Below, piece after piece: positions 62,804 to 64,000 of a DNA stretch of 64,000 nucleotides. The notes below the pieces were generated by a model. The model saw only the letters and a list, made by a program, of their open reading frames with translations, did not search any database and was not told the DNA's origin. Source of the stretch: Basidiobolus meristosporus CBS 931.73. Taxonomy: Eukaryota > Fungi > Basidiobolomycota. The stretch's first letter is position 1, and every line of letters begins with the position of its first letter. The translations under genes were made by a program, and so were the position numbers. The stretch covers positions 15,941-79,940 of the forward strand of contig MCFE01000409.1 in the NCBI GenBank assembly GCA_002104905.1, in the 5' to 3' direction.

Positions 62804-64000
62804 ATGTCTAACCAGAGTGGTATTCAAGGTATTTCCCAGATGTACTTCTCAACCCCAAGATGACAACGAACGCTAACCGGAGACCACCCGGCACTCGACA
62901 CCAGTATCCGAGGAGTTGTCCAGGGTCTTCACCGAGGCAATTCACTCTGGCCAACAAAGAATCATTCAAGTCTCCATCGAGAACGGTAACCCGACCTTTA
63001 CGAAAGCCACCTCCCTGGCCGCCCAGCACTAAGCATACGTTTGGCATATAGAATCCTTGGAGGCCGTCAACACCGTGCCAGTCTCGGGTAGTTTCGAAGA
63101 GGGTGAGTGAGTCCGGGTCCATCGATCATTCTGTCCCCTCCTCAATATTGACCAAGTACGGAACCCTGCTGTTCCCCAGATTACTCGCAGGTCGTGCCGC
63201 TGTTAAGCGACCGTATCCCCAGCTTCATACTCTACAGACTTGACACCCAGAGCGAGGGCGGCAACTACGAATGGCTCTACTTGAGTTACATACCCAGCGA
63301 GGCCAAGGTAAGCCCTTGGCCGCCATGCCGAGCCAGGCTTACCGAACTTTCTAACCACCCCTCCCATAGGTCAGGGATAAGATGGTGTACGCCTCCACCT
63401 CCCACACCCTTACAAACCAGCTTGGGGCCGGCCACTTCGTCGACTCGATCTTTGGGACCGAGAAGGTACGCGCACGTATGACATTGATGGTGGTGAACAA
63501 CCGTGACTAAACAACGGGAATTCTACAGGAGGACCTTTCGTTCGACGCCTACCGGAAACACCGTGAACATCTGACCGCACCTGCCCCATTGACTCGCAAG
63601 GAGGAGGAGCTGGCCGAAGTCAAGGCAGCCGAGGTATGGACTGATCTGTGGGCTTGAAGCCGATCCAGCCAACCCGTACTCAACCCGAATCTTTCCCCAA
63701 CCCAAGTCCGGATCGATCAACATCGCAAGCCGTCGCACCCACGTCTCCGGAGTGAACTTCCCCATTTCCGAGGCGGCCATCGGCGAACTAAGCAACCTGA
63801 AGGCCGGATCCACCAATTTCGTCCAACTGGTAGGGACACCCCCCTTGCTCTGCTCCAACCCACCCGCCCATCATCAGCTTGCTCACATCACTTCCCCGCC
63901 TACCTTCTAGTATGTCAACACCGCCTCCGAGATCATCGACCTGGCTAGCTCCGAGCAGATCTCCTCGGAAGCACTCGCCTCATCCATACCCACCGATCAA
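62804..64000 (+). CDS. TWF1: Twinfilin (actin-monomer-binding, ADF-H domains), 3'-incomplete
   Basis: Exons splice to MSNQSGIQVSEELSRVF...WLYLSYIPSEAKVRDKMVYAST...FVDSIFGTEK...PLTRKEEELAEVKAAE, which is typical of twinfilin. The gene continues past the window end. Confidence 0.9.

Noticed and set aside
59677-63858. ORFs such as 59677-60192 (+), 62316-62738 (+), 62808-63122 (-) and 63523-63858 (-)
   Set aside because: They lie antisense to or between the LMBRD2 and twinfilin exons, have no recognisable motifs and are expected in GC-richer DNA.

Overview
Eukaryotic, fungal-type DNA (short GT-AG introns with CTAAC-like branch points; possibly an early-diverging fungus, which is inference only). 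Bases 1 to ~55,600 are a continuous block of nested, mostly decayed transposons in which CpG is rare. It holds about 10 copies or fragments of one CMC/EnSpm (CACTA-superfamily) DNA transposon with CCCTATGAAAAAT termini. One copy is complete (46952-52742, 3-bp TSD AGG) and carries a tnp2-type transposase and a divergent ~689-codon second ORF. The block also holds two Ty1/copia families (each with one full-length copy), several Ty3/gypsy-type LTRs and fragments (one with an extra ORF after pol), a 734-bp foldback element and ends of a second, CACTA-terminated family. From ~55,700 CpG returns and four intron-containing host genes follow: HEI10 (minus; largely missed by the ORF track), a BUB1/MAD3-family gene with no kinase domain and no KEN box, an LMBR1-domain (LMBRD2-like) gene (minus) and twinfilin (runs off the window end). 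No rRNA, tRNA or CRISPR array was seen. All alignments and counts were done by eye, so boundaries marked approximate may be off by tens of bases. Apparent indels in a host gene suggest that some frameshifts are sequencing errors.
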